Assembly (NCBI GenBank): GCA_963738405.1
Contig: CAVTWJ010000023.1
Location: 160,001-224,000, forward strand
Source of the DNA: a candidate division FCPU426 bacterium
GTDB lineage: Bacteria > Oederibacteriota > Muellerivitia > Muellerivitales > Muellerivitaceae
DNA length: 64,000 nucleotides
Direction: 5' to 3'
The position numbers were made by a program, and so were the translations under genes. Within the stretch, counting starts at the first letter, position 1; each line of letters begins with the position of its first letter. The notes under the pieces are model-generated. The model was given only the letters and a program-made list of their open reading frames with translations. It did not search any database and was not told the DNA's origin. This document shows, in pieces, positions 9,229 through 18,357 of the stretch.

Positions 9229-10562
9229 GGGACAGCGTCCGCAAACAATTTCGAATCTGTCTCTTTCTAGCAATAGCGGAAATCTTGTTGTGCCATTCCT
9301 CTTTTGGCCAAACGGTTTACACCACCGCCCTATCTACCAATCCCCTGGAAAATCTGGGCCATTCACCCCGAGCTTCGGCCATGGGAAACGCCTTCACGGC
9401 GATGGACGGCGACGCGGCCTGCCTTTTTTACAATCCCGCAGGATTGAACAACCTGTCGGAAACCCAATTATCCCTGGTTCACCAATCCTGGATTGCAGGG
9501 ATGTCGCAGGAAACCATGCTGGCGGGGGTTCCCACGGGATCCTTCGGGGCCTTTGCCGCAGGCGTCAATTACCTTAGCTACGGCATCCTGGATGGCTATG
9601 ACGCCACCGGTACCTCTACTTCCCCGCTGATCCCCTTTAGAGGCTCGCTCTCCTTGGGATGGGGCGGCCCAATGACCCGCAGTCTTTCGCTGGGGCTTGC
9701 CGCCCGCGGCCTTATTCAATCGCTCACGGCTTCCAACTCCAGTTTTTCCTCTTCCGTGCAAGCCGGCGCGCTTTGGACCTTTCCGCCCAATTTAAGACTT
9801 GGCGTGACTTACGATTTTTTGAATAACAATAACTCGTCCAAGTTCGGCGTCTTGACGCTCGGCATTTCCGGTTCCGTTCCCATCTTTTTTAAAATTCCTA
9901 CCCTATTGCTTGCCAACTATACCCTTCCCCTTTATTCCGTTTCCGAAATTCAATTTGGCGCGGAACAACACTTTCTCAATATCCTCTGCGCCCGTTTAGG
10001 CTACCAATGGGAAATTGACGATAACCAGATTACCGGCTTCAGGGGATTCACCGCCGGATTGGGATTCGAAATGGGGGATTTCTCTCTTGATTACAGTTAC
10101 GTTCCCGACGGTGATCTGGGCGACTCCCAGATGGTCGGCCTCAGCTATCGTTTCCCCGGAGAAAAACCGGCCCTCCATGCCACTTCCCTCACGCCCCTTC
10201 CCCCAGCCTCCACCCCGACTCCCTCATCCCAGCTCAACTTTAACCCACCGGCCCAAGTGTCCCCCGCAGACAAGGTGGTTAGGGTAGAAACCCGCTTCCA
10301 GATACCCGATACGGACAGCGCCCCCGCTTCGGAAGCCTACACCCCGGAACTCCGAAAAAATCTGGCGGCGGCGGGTATTAAGGTCGAGCAAAACCCAAAG
10401 GATTTTCAGGCCTGGATGGATCTGGGCAACCTCTATTGGCGTTTGGGCCAGGCGGATTACACCGTACAATGTTTCCAGGAAGCCCTTCATTTACAGCCTG
10501 AAAACGGGGCTTTAAAGGCCTGGTTGGACCATTATTTGAAGCTCCACCCCGGCAGGGAATAA
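9225..10562 (+). CDS. PorV/PorQ-like (FadL-fold) outer-membrane beta-barrel with Pro-rich linker and C-terminal TPR
   Basis: Signature SPRASAMGNAFTAMDGDAACLFYNPAGL, amphipathic strands ending GLSYRF, then TPR-like AWMDLGNLYWRLGQADYTVQCFQEALHLQPEN. ATGA-coupled to the upstream gene. Confidence 0.8.
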   Translation: MRDSVRKQFRICLFLAIAEILLCHSSFGQTVYTTALSTNPLENLGHSPRASAMGNAFTAMDGDAACLFYNPAGLNNLSETQLSLVHQSWIAGMSQETMLAGVPTGSFGAFAAGVNYLSYGILDGYDATGTSTSPLIPFRGSLSLGWGGPMTRSLSLGLAARGLIQSLTASNSSFSSSVQAGALWTFPPNLRLGVTYDFLNNNNSSKFGVLTLGISGSVPIFFKIPTLLLANYTLPLYSVSEIQFGAEQHFLNILCARLGYQWEIDDNQITGFRGFTAGLGFEMGDFSLDYSYVPDGDLGDSQMVGLSYRFPGEKPALHATSLTPLPPASTPTPSSQLNFNPPAQVSPADKVVRVETRFQIPDTDSAPASEAYTPELRKNLAAAGIKVEQNPKDFQAWMDLGNLYWRLGQADYTVQCFQEALHLQPENGALKAWLDHYLKLHPGRE

Positions 10563-10585
10563 ACCTTTTTCCTGAACACTATACC
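10556..10585 (+). promoter_or_regulatory. Putative autoregulatory ECF promoter of the sigma gene
   Basis: GGAATAAA-N13-CACTATACC ending 12 nt before the sigma ATG. Confidence 0.6.
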
Positions 10586-10597
10586 TGCGAGGAAGTA

Positions 10598-11170
10598 ATG
10601 CCCGACGAAAGGGAGCTGGTAAAAAAAATACTCGCGGGCAATGTGGAGGTGCAGACTTTTTTCTACCGGGAAAACGCCCGGCGCCTCTTCCACATCTGCA
10701 TCCACTTCCTGGGCCCGGAGGACGACGAGGCGGATGACATCGTCCAGCAAACCTTCCTCATCGCGCTGGAAAAACTGGGGACCTTCGAGTTCCGGTCGAG
10801 CCTCTACACCTGGCTTTCCAACATCTGCGCGAACCTTTGCTACGAAAGGCTGAGGCGTAAAAAAAAGGTCCTGGCTTCCCTGGAAGAAGAGTTGGAACAG
10901 CTGATGGTCCCGCCCCCCGGCACCACGCCGGATACGGAGATAGACGAGGATGAAAAAAAGGCCCGGCTGGCCCTTTTGGAGCGGTTGGTTCAATCCATGA
11001 GCGAAAGATGCCGACAGGTGCTGGAACTTCGGGATAAACGGGGAGAAAGTTACATCCATATTTCAAAGGCTTTGAAAATACCATTGGGAACGGTGATGTC
11101 CCAATTGGCCCGCTGCCGCAAGGCATTGGGAAATCTCTTCAAGAATGAATGGAACGGGAGCGGATTGTGA
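10598..11170 (+). CDS. ECF RNA polymerase sigma factor
   Basis: Region 2 EADDIVQQTF...FEFRSSLYTWL; region 4 SYIHISKALKIPLGTVMSQLARCRKAL; 190 aa. Confidence 0.93.
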   Translation: MPDERELVKKILAGNVEVQTFFYRENARRLFHICIHFLGPEDDEADDIVQQTFLIALEKLGTFEFRSSLYTWLSNICANLCYERLRRKKKVLASLEEELEQLMVPPPGTTPDTEIDEDEKKARLALLERLVQSMSERCRQVLELRDKRGESYIHISKALKIPLGTVMSQLARCRKALGNLFKNEWNGSGL

Positions 11171-11958
11171 AGGAACTGGTGGAAGATTACTTTAAGCGGG
11201 ATTTGAACCCCGAGGAAGAAGAGCGGCTGGGCAAATGGTTGGCTTCTTCCTCTGAAGGTTCCCAACGCTTGATCGAGTTGGCGGAAAACCATTTCCGTCA
11301 ACTGGGCGTTCAGGAACCCGATTGGCAAGAAGGCCCCTTGCCTTCCTATTTCCCGAAATCCCGCAGCCGTTTTCTTTTGGTCGCCCTTTGCGCCCTTATT
11401 ACCTGCGTGCTGGCTCTGCTGGGTTATTCCGCCATCCGCCGGTTCGGTTTGAAACCCACACCCGCTTCGTCCGTCCTCGAAACCAAAACCAATGTCGCGC
11501 CCAATCAACCCCTTACCTCTTCCACCTCCCAAAAGCAGGCGGTCAGCAAAAAACAGGAAGTCCCGGAAGATTCGTCCCGCGCATCCACTTCCGCGCCGTC
11601 TCTATCAACTGAAAAGGCGTCTCTCCATACCTTGCCGAGTGGAACGGCCGCAAATAACCCTTCATCCGTCCCTCCCGCCCTGGCGCCGCCTTCAACGGCC
11701 CAAGGAAAGCTCTACGAAGAACTTTCCGTCGTGGTCGAGACCGCCCATCCAGGCCTCGCCACCGTTAGGGTCTTGAACGATCAGAACAAGGTAATCCGCC
11801 TTCTCTATGCGGGCATCTTAGCGCCCGGGCAACGAACCTTTACTTGGGATGGAAAAGACGACAATGGAATAGTAGCTTCTGCGGGGATTTATTACCTGGA
11901 GGTAAATTCAGGAGCTAAAGTCATGCGACAAGAAGTGCGTGTGGGGCAAACTCCCTGA
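11149..11958 (+). CDS. Putative membrane anti-sigma factor with C-terminal FlgD-Ig/CTD-like domain
   Basis: Overlaps the sigma 3' end; N-terminal anti-sigma-like helices (YFKRDLNPEEEERLGKWL), one TM, S/T/P linker, then VRVLNDQNKVIRLL...FTWDGKDDNGIVASAGIYYLEV. Confidence 0.75.
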   Translation: MERERIVKELVEDYFKRDLNPEEEERLGKWLASSSEGSQRLIELAENHFRQLGVQEPDWQEGPLPSYFPKSRSRFLLVALCALITCVLALLGYSAIRRFGLKPTPASSVLETKTNVAPNQPLTSSTSQKQAVSKKQEVPEDSSRASTSAPSLSTEKASLHTLPSGTAANNPSSVPPALAPPSTAQGKLYEELSVVVETAHPGLATVRVLNDQNKVIRLLYAGILAPGQRTFTWDGKDDNGIVASAGIYYLEVNSGAKVMRQEVRVGQTP

Positions 11959-11979
11959 TTTAAAACTCATTGGGTGTCA

Positions 11980-12345
11980 TTACGAAATGGCTTCGTATTT
12001 GCGTTTGCCCGCCGAATAAGAAATAACCATCCGGGCGTCCGATTCGCCCAAATTTTTGAACCCGTGGGCTGAACCCGCCGGGGACAAAACCGAGTCCCCC
12101 GCGTTTAATATGATTCTTTCCTTCTCCAGCGAAACTTCCACCCTTCCCTCGGCGATGTAAATGAGCTCATGGCAATTGGAGTGGGCGTGCACGGGTGTTT
12201 TTTTCCCGCCCTTGATGGTCATCACCGCCACGCTGATTCCGACACCCGGCACGAGGCTGTCATCCACCAGCCATTCGGTACTGCCCCAATCTTCCTCGGT
12301 CAATTTGGGGCGCAAAGGGTGGATCGAATTGAAATGAAGACGCAT
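11980..12345 (-). CDS. Cupin domain protein
   Basis: PVHAHSNCHELIYIAEG and PAGSAHGFKN metal-binding cupin motifs. Confidence 0.9.
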   Translation of the reverse strand: MRLHFNSIHPLRPKLTEEDWGSTEWLVDDSLVPGVGISVAVMTIKGGKKTPVHAHSNCHELIYIAEGRVEVSLEKERIILNAGDSVLSPAGSAHGFKNLGESDARMVISYSAGKRKYEAIS

Positions 12346-12425
12346 GGAAAACCTTTTAAATGAAATTGGGGTTTCTAATTTCTGTTAAACTCTACCCCGT
12401 TACAATCCCTATTCCAGAGACATCG

Positions 12426-13280
12426 ATGAAACAATGGAAAGTTATCCTTTTCCCGGTTGTTTTGGCCTATTTGACCATCCTGGGAGGATTCTTACTGGCT
12501 CAAAGAAGCTTGATTTTTCATCCCGTTCCCCTCAACGGCACCACTCCTGCCCAATTTCACTTGGTCGCAGGTAAAGATTACCACGATGTCTCCTTTACTT
12601 CTGCGGACGGCGTCACGCTGACGGGCTGGTGGATTGACCACCAAGACCCAGGGTCCAACCGTCCCTTTCTTCTCTATTGCCACGGCAATGGGGATTGCCT
12701 TTCCCAATTGGCCGAAGTTTCTAAGTTGTTTTACAATTTTGGATTTAACGCCCTCATTTTCGACTATCGGGACTATGGCGCCAGCGGAAAGGGCCCTTTA
12801 AGTGAAAAGGCATTCGATGGGGATGCCCTCGCGGCTTACCGTTGGGTTCAAAACAAGGGTGTTCCTGAAAACCGCATCCTAATTTGGGGCCATTCGCTGG
12901 GTTCTTCGGTGGCGGCCTGGCTGGCAACCCAGACCCATCCTGCGGGCTTAATACTGGAAGGAGCGTTCCCTTCAACATTGGCAGTCAGTTACAAACGCTA
13001 CCCCTGGCTTCTGGTGCTTCCCTTCATGATTCAAGACCCTTTCGATACCGAGATTTACGTTCAAAAGAGAACCTGTCCCCTGCTCCAATTTCACGCGGAG
13101 AGGGACACCATCATCCCCATTGATTTAGGGGAAAGGGTCTATTCCAAGGCGGTGGAGCCGAAGCAATTTGTGGTAGTGAAGGATACGGACCACAATGATT
13201 TTCCGAGCGTGGCCGAACAATATAAGGATGTGGTGGTGGGTTTTACGAACCGGTGCCTGCAACAAGCGCCCAGCCATTAA
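12426..13280 (+). CDS. Alpha/beta hydrolase (ABHD12/13-like) with N-terminal anchor
   Basis: LYCHGNG, FDYRDYG, nucleophile elbow WGHSLG, Asp in AERDTII, His in TDHND. Confidence 0.9.
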   Translation: MKQWKVILFPVVLAYLTILGGFLLAQRSLIFHPVPLNGTTPAQFHLVAGKDYHDVSFTSADGVTLTGWWIDHQDPGSNRPFLLYCHGNGDCLSQLAEVSKLFYNFGFNALIFDYRDYGASGKGPLSEKAFDGDALAAYRWVQNKGVPENRILIWGHSLGSSVAAWLATQTHPAGLILEGAFPSTLAVSYKRYPWLLVLPFMIQDPFDTEIYVQKRTCPLLQFHAERDTIIPIDLGERVYSKAVEPKQFVVVKDTDHNDFPSVAEQYKDVVVGFTNRCLQQAPSH

Positions 13281-13291
13281 CGAAAGACGTC

Positions 13292-13873
13292 CTAGGATTT
13301 TTTGTAAATTTTATTTTTCATTTGGTCCAATTCTTCCAGCAAACGAAGAATGGGCCTTTCCAAAAAGGAATTCAAAACGTAATCCCCCGCCTCGCAACCA
13401 GGCGGAGTGACACAGAAAATTCCGGCCGCCTTGGCTCCCGCCACACCCTCCGGGGTCGTTTCAAAAGCGATGACTTTCATAGGCTTTAACCCGAGCGTAT
13501 CCAAAGAAATTTCATAGAGTTCGGTCCCCGGCTTCAAGACGGTAACATCCTCTTTGCAGCGGATGCTGTCGAAATCACTCGCCAAACCCGGGCCCGAAAG
13601 TTCCCGAACCACTTCCTCGGATGAAAGGTTGGAAGTCAGGGCAAGACGAATTTCATAACGCCGGAGATTGATAAAAGTTTCTTTTAAACCCTCGGCCGTG
13701 GATTTTAAATCCTGGTGGTCAGGCATGGGTCTTTCCGCCTGGGACATTTCGTGTTGAATCCAACCCAGATCAAAAAGAAGGGCCTTGGTGATCCAGTAGC
13801 TTTCAGGCGCGTGGGCGTAAAAACGGTTGTGGGGACTATTGACGTCGGAAGGGCCAAAATGAATAGGGCTCAT
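13292..13873 (-). CDS. HAD-like hydrolase (degenerate motifs)
   Basis: KALLFDLG, LALTSN, KPGTELY, AFETTPEGVAGAKAAGI resemble the beta-PGM/CbbY subfamily but lack the DxD and ED aspartates. Confidence 0.7.
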   Translation of the reverse strand: MSPIHFGPSDVNSPHNRFYAHAPESYWITKALLFDLGWIQHEMSQAERPMPDHQDLKSTAEGLKETFINLRRYEIRLALTSNLSSEEVVRELSGPGLASDFDSIRCKEDVTVLKPGTELYEISLDTLGLKPMKVIAFETTPEGVAGAKAAGIFCVTPPGCEAGDYVLNSFLERPILRLLEELDQMKNKIYKKS

Positions 13874-13878
13874 TCGAT

Positions 13879-15340
13879 TTAGGCGTCCAGCTTCTTCTTC
13901 AGAACTTCATTCACTAATTTAGGGTTAGCCTTGCCCTGGCTGGCCTGCATCACCTTGCCTACCAGGAAGCCGATAACCCCCTGTTTGCCGCCTTTGTAGT
14001 CAGCCACTACAGTAGGGTTTTCAGCCAGCACTTTATCCACGGCGCTTTCGATGGCCTTGGGGTCGGACACCTGGGCCATGCCGCGGGTTTTCACTACCTC
14101 GGCGGGTGAGATTCCTGCCTCGAACATTTCAGCGAAGACTTCCTTGGCTTGCTTGCTGTTAATGGTTCCCGCCTCGACCAGGTCTACTAATTCACACAAT
14201 TTCTTCTGGTCGAATTTGAGGTCTTTGAGTTCCTTTTCCTTTTCTTTCATCTGGGCGGCCATGTCGCCCATCATCCAATTGGCCAATCCCTTGGGGCTTT
14301 TTGTGTGCTTGGCCCCTTCCTCAAACCAATGGGCCAGTTCCTGCTCGGAGGTTAAAACGCCGGCGTCATAGGGCGTCAAGCCATATTGGGTGGCGAACCG
14401 CGCCATCTTGGCGCCGGGTAATTCGGGCAGGCAATCCTTGATCTTCTGAACATATTCCTCGCTCAAAATGATAGGAACCAGGTCCGGCTCTGGAAAGTAA
14501 CGGTAGTCGTGGGCTTCTTCTTTGGAACGCATGGTTTTGGTTTTGTTTTCGGTGACATCCCAAAGACGTGATTCCTGGACCACCCTTTCACCCTTATCGA
14601 GCAAGGCCGCTTGGCGCTTAATCTCGTATTCGATGGCCTGCTTGGCAAACTTGAAGCTGTTCATGTTCTTGATTTCAGTTCGGGTGCCGAACTTTTCAAC
14701 GCCCTTGGGGCGAATGGACACGTTGGCGTCGCAACGGAGGGACCCTTCTTCCATGTTGCAGTCGGAGACATCAATATAAAGAAGGATACTCTTAAGAGCC
14801 GTTAGGTAGGCGTAGGCTTCCTCAGCGCTTCGAATATCGGGCTCGGAAACGATCTCCACCAGAGGAATCCCGCCCCGGTTGTAATCGGCCAGGGAGTAGT
14901 CGGAAGAATCCAGGCGTCCAGCTTTGCCGCCCGCATGGACCAATTTCCCCGCGTCTTCTTCCAAATGGGCCCGGGTCACACCGATCCGCTTGGTTCCCTC
15001 TTTGGTGATGATATCCAAATGGCCCCCGTAATTAAGGGGCTTGTCATATTGGGAAATCTGGTAGGCCTTGGGCAGATCCGGGTAATAGTAGTTTTTCCGG
15101 TCCATTTTGGAATATTTGGCGATTGAGCAATTCAGGGCTAAGCCGATTTTGACCGCGTATTCCACGGCTTTTTGATTCATGACCGGCAAGGTACCGGGTA
15201 AGCCCTAAACAAACCGGGCAAACCTGGGTATTAGCCTCGTTGCCAAAAGTCGTGTGACAGCCGCAGAACAGCTTGGTAGCTGTTTTCAGCTCACAATGGA
15301 CTTCAAGTCCTATAACTGGTTCGTAATCTTCAATGGGCAT
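13879..15340 (-). CDS. gatB: Asp/Glu-tRNA amidotransferase subunit B, interrupted by a +1 frameshift near 15203-15205
   Basis: N-terminus [10 protein letters not shown]...CPVCLG in one frame; the rest (LPVMN...[14 protein letters not shown]...YRYFPEPDL) in another. Removing one G restores [12 protein letters not shown]. Confidence 0.93.
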
Positions 15341-16807
15341 TTAACTTTCCCTCAAACTTGGCTTTTGTTTATGCCAATCGGTTGCCTGTTCATAAGCGTA
15401 AGCGGTTTTTAATAAAGCGGCCTCATCGAAGGCCTTGCCGATCAACTGCAAACCGATGGGCAAGCCCGTCTTAGAAAGGCCGCAGGGCACGGACAAACCC
15501 GGTAAACCGGTGATGTTGATGGAAACGGTGAAGACATCTTCCAGGTACATGGAAAGGGGGTCGCCGGTTTTTTCTCCAAAACGGAAGGCCGGATTGGGCG
15601 CGGTGGGGGTAGCGATCACATCCACCTTCTCGAAAGCCTTATCGTAATCTTGTTTGATCAACCGGCGGACCTTCAAGGCTTTTAAATAGTAAGCGTCGTA
15701 ATAGCCGGAAGAAAGTGCGTAGGTTCCCAGCATGATGCGGCGCTTTACCTCGGGCCCAAACCCAGCCGCGCGGGTTTTGGAATACATTTCAACGATGTTT
15801 TCACCGGGCACCCGTAAGCCATACCGCACCCCGTCATAACGGGCCAGGTTAGAGGAGGCTTCGGAAGGCGCCAGCACATAATAGGCGGCTAGGGCATAGG
15901 GGGAGGCGGGTAGAGAAACTTCATGGATTTCCGCTCCCTGCTTTTTCAGCTCCTCAATAGCCTTTTTCACAGAGTCAGCCACTTCTTTGTTTAATCCCTC
16001 AGGGAAGAATTCCTTGGGGATACCGATTTTCAAACCTTTTACCGATTTCTTCATCTCGGCCGTGTAATCGGGTACCGGCAGATCGGCGGAGGTGGAATCC
16101 TTGGGATCATGCCCGGCGATCGCCCCCATCATGATGGCGCAGTCCTCAACGTCTTTTCCAAAGGGGCCGATCTGGTCAAGGGAGGAAGCAAATGCTATGA
16201 GGCCATAACGGGAAACCCGCCCATAGGTGGGTTTTAACCCCACGATGCCGCAAAGGGCCGCGGGCTGGCGGATGGAACCGCCCGTATCGGACCCCAGGGA
16301 GGCGAAGGCCTGGTCAGCGGAGACGCTGGCGGCGGAACCGCCCGAGGAGCCGCCCGGTACGCAGGCAAGGTTCCAGGGGTTTTTGGTTTTCTTGAAGTAA
16401 GAAGATTCGGTAGAGGAACCCATGGCATATTCATCCATGTTGGTTTTGCCCACTGAGACCGCGCCCATCGAGTAGAGCTTCTCGACTACCGTGGCGTTAT
16501 AGGGAGGGACAAAGTTCTCGAGCATTTTCGAGGCGCAGGTGGTGCGGATGCCCTTGGTACATAGCAGGTCCTTAATCGCCACTGGAACGCCGGTAAGAGG
16601 CGTGAGGTTTTGGCCCGAAGCCAAGCGCTTATCGGCCTCGGCGGCCTGCTTGAGGGCCTCGTCCCGAGTAATAGTGATAAAGGCCTGAACCTGGGGTTCT
16701 ACCTTTTCCAGGTGGTCCATGACGGACTTGGTCAACTCAACCGAGGAAATCTTTTTGGCCTTCAGGTCGACCGAAACTTCATGGATGGTTTTTTGATAAA
16801 GTTCCAT
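15341..16807 (-). CDS. gatA: Asp/Glu-tRNA amidotransferase subunit A
   Basis: Amidase signature [40 protein letters not shown]. Confidence 0.98.
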   Translation of the reverse strand: MELYQKTIHEVSVDLKAKKISSVELTKSVMDHLEKVEPQVQAFITITRDEALKQAAEADKRLASGQNLTPLTGVPVAIKDLLCTKGIRTTCASKMLENFVPPYNATVVEKLYSMGAVSVGKTNMDEYAMGSSTESSYFKKTKNPWNLACVPGGSSGGSAASVSADQAFASLGSDTGGSIRQPAALCGIVGLKPTYGRVSRYGLIAFASSLDQIGPFGKDVEDCAIMMGAIAGHDPKDSTSADLPVPDYTAEMKKSVKGLKIGIPKEFFPEGLNKEVADSVKKAIEELKKQGAEIHEVSLPASPYALAAYYVLAPSEASSNLARYDGVRYGLRVPGENIVEMYSKTRAAGFGPEVKRRIMLGTYALSSGYYDAYYLKALKVRRLIKQDYDKAFEKVDVIATPTAPNPAFRFGEKTGDPLSMYLEDVFTVSINITGLPGLSVPCGLSKTGLPIGLQLIGKAFDEAALLKTAYAYEQATDWHKQKPSLRES

Positions 16808-16814
16808 GGCGGCC

Positions 16815-17099
16815 TTACATGATCTTGGGCACTTTAAAGTGCCCCGATTGGACTTCCGGCCCGTTGGAAAGGACTTCCTGCTGGGTCAGGGAGGGACGAA
16901 CCACGTCTTCCCGAAAGACGTTCTTCACGTCCAAAGGATGGGTGAGAGGTTCCACATTTGCCGTATCGAGTTGGTTGAGCTGTTCGACATACTTAAGAAT
17001 ATTGGCTAATTGCCCGGTATATTTGGCCACTTCCTGGTCGGTCACTTCCAGGCGGGCCAATTTGGCCACATATTGAACGTCTTTTTCGGATAGGGACAA
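16815..17099 (-). CDS. gatC: Asp/Glu-tRNA amidotransferase subunit C
   Basis: VAKLARL...REDVV...FKVPKI; TTG start with AGGAG RBS. Confidence 0.96.
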   Translation of the reverse strand: MSLSEKDVQYVAKLARLEVTDQEVAKYTGQLANILKYVEQLNQLDTANVEPLTHPLDVKNVFREDVVRPSLTQQEVLSNGPEVQSGHFKVPKIM

Positions 17100-17221
17100 A
17101 ACGGTTCTCCTAGGGGAAACTCAAGGGGGCTTATATTGCCAGAAGAAGAAAGAAAGCTCAACATTCAAGGCCGACGCTCTACTTTGTTCCCGTTGGCCAA
17201 CCCAGTGTTTAAAATAAGGCA

Positions 17222-18349
17222 ATGTCACCTTTGAAAACCCCGAATCGATTCCCCCTGCTCATCCTGTGCCTTCTAATAACTGGTTGCGCGACCACCCGCC
17301 CCTCGCTTTATATTCCACCCTCTGATTCCAAAATTCGCACCTTTGAACCTCCCCCTGCCACCATCATTCGCTTGCCGGTTAACTTTAATATGCCCCATTG
17401 GGAAAACCTGACTCCATTTCCAAAATGGGAGAGCATATCCAAATCCATGATCGACTTTTTCAACAGCCAGTTTAAAATTGTCAAACCCAACATCAATTTC
17501 CCCAGCATCAATCGGGTGCTTGAACCCTCCTTCGGGGAAATTTCAACTTTTTGGAGCTCGGCTCAGGAACCCATCTTTATCGACAAGGGCGTCTGGCTTT
17601 TGATTCAGCCCCAATCCATCAGCAGCGGCTTGACCCAACCCGACCCCAAGCACCCCCTGAAAATCAGGATCGACCTGGAAATGACCGCCTTCCCCATCCT
17701 GGTTTTTGGCAAGGAACCAGGAGTGGAAAAGAAAATCATGCCCCCTTTGAAAATCTACAAAACGGGGCCTTCCGGATTTCACGCCGTCAGCAACACCGTC
17801 ATCAGTTTCAAGGAAGCCAACAAACAGTTGACCGACCCCCGATTCGGATTGATTGACCGGGTCATTCCCGGAAGCGGGAATTACAAGCTTCGCATCGAGG
17901 GCCTCAAGCTATACGGCTCGGGGGGACAAGTGATCGTTGAGGTTAAAATTGAATATAACCCCCTCATTAACCTGGGCGACAAACCCGCCCATATGACGGT
18001 TTATTTCCGGGGTGTTCCCCAATATAACCCGCAAAAAGAACTATTTACTTTACGACATTTGGATTTCGACTTGAAAACCGGGGATTTGTTGATGCAGGTC
18101 GCCGATTGGATTTTCAAATCGGATATTTTGAAGGTTCTTCGACAGAAGGCCCGCGTACCCATCGGGCCCAAACTTGACCAGCTAAAGGAAAGAATGAACG
18201 AAGTCTTGAACCTGCCCGTGGGCCAGCACAGCCGGCTTCAAACCCAAGTGAAATCTTTTAGGGTGCTAAATGCTTTCGTGGACAGCGACGGGATTCAAGC
18301 TCAAGTGTCATTGGATGGGGATGCCCAGCTAAATATGTTCTGCCGTTAA
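17222..18349 (+). CDS. Putative lipoprotein, DUF4403-like
   Basis: Lipobox LITGC; WLLIQP and YFRGVPQY...LDFDLKT segments resemble DUF4403 from recall. Confidence 0.6.
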   Translation: MSPLKTPNRFPLLILCLLITGCATTRPSLYIPPSDSKIRTFEPPPATIIRLPVNFNMPHWENLTPFPKWESISKSMIDFFNSQFKIVKPNINFPSINRVLEPSFGEISTFWSSAQEPIFIDKGVWLLIQPQSISSGLTQPDPKHPLKIRIDLEMTAFPILVFGKEPGVEKKIMPPLKIYKTGPSGFHAVSNTVISFKEANKQLTDPRFGLIDRVIPGSGNYKLRIEGLKLYGSGGQVIVEVKIEYNPLINLGDKPAHMTVYFRGVPQYNPQKELFTLRHLDFDLKTGDLLMQVADWIFKSDILKVLRQKARVPIGPKLDQLKERMNEVLNLPVGQHSRLQTQVKSFRVLNAFVDSDGIQAQVSLDGDAQLNMFCR

Positions 18350-18357
18350 CCAAAAAC

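Noticed and set aside
15195..15210. Programmed ribosomal frameshift in gatB
   Set aside because: No canonical slippery heptamer or long homopolymer; a single-base error or mutation is simpler.
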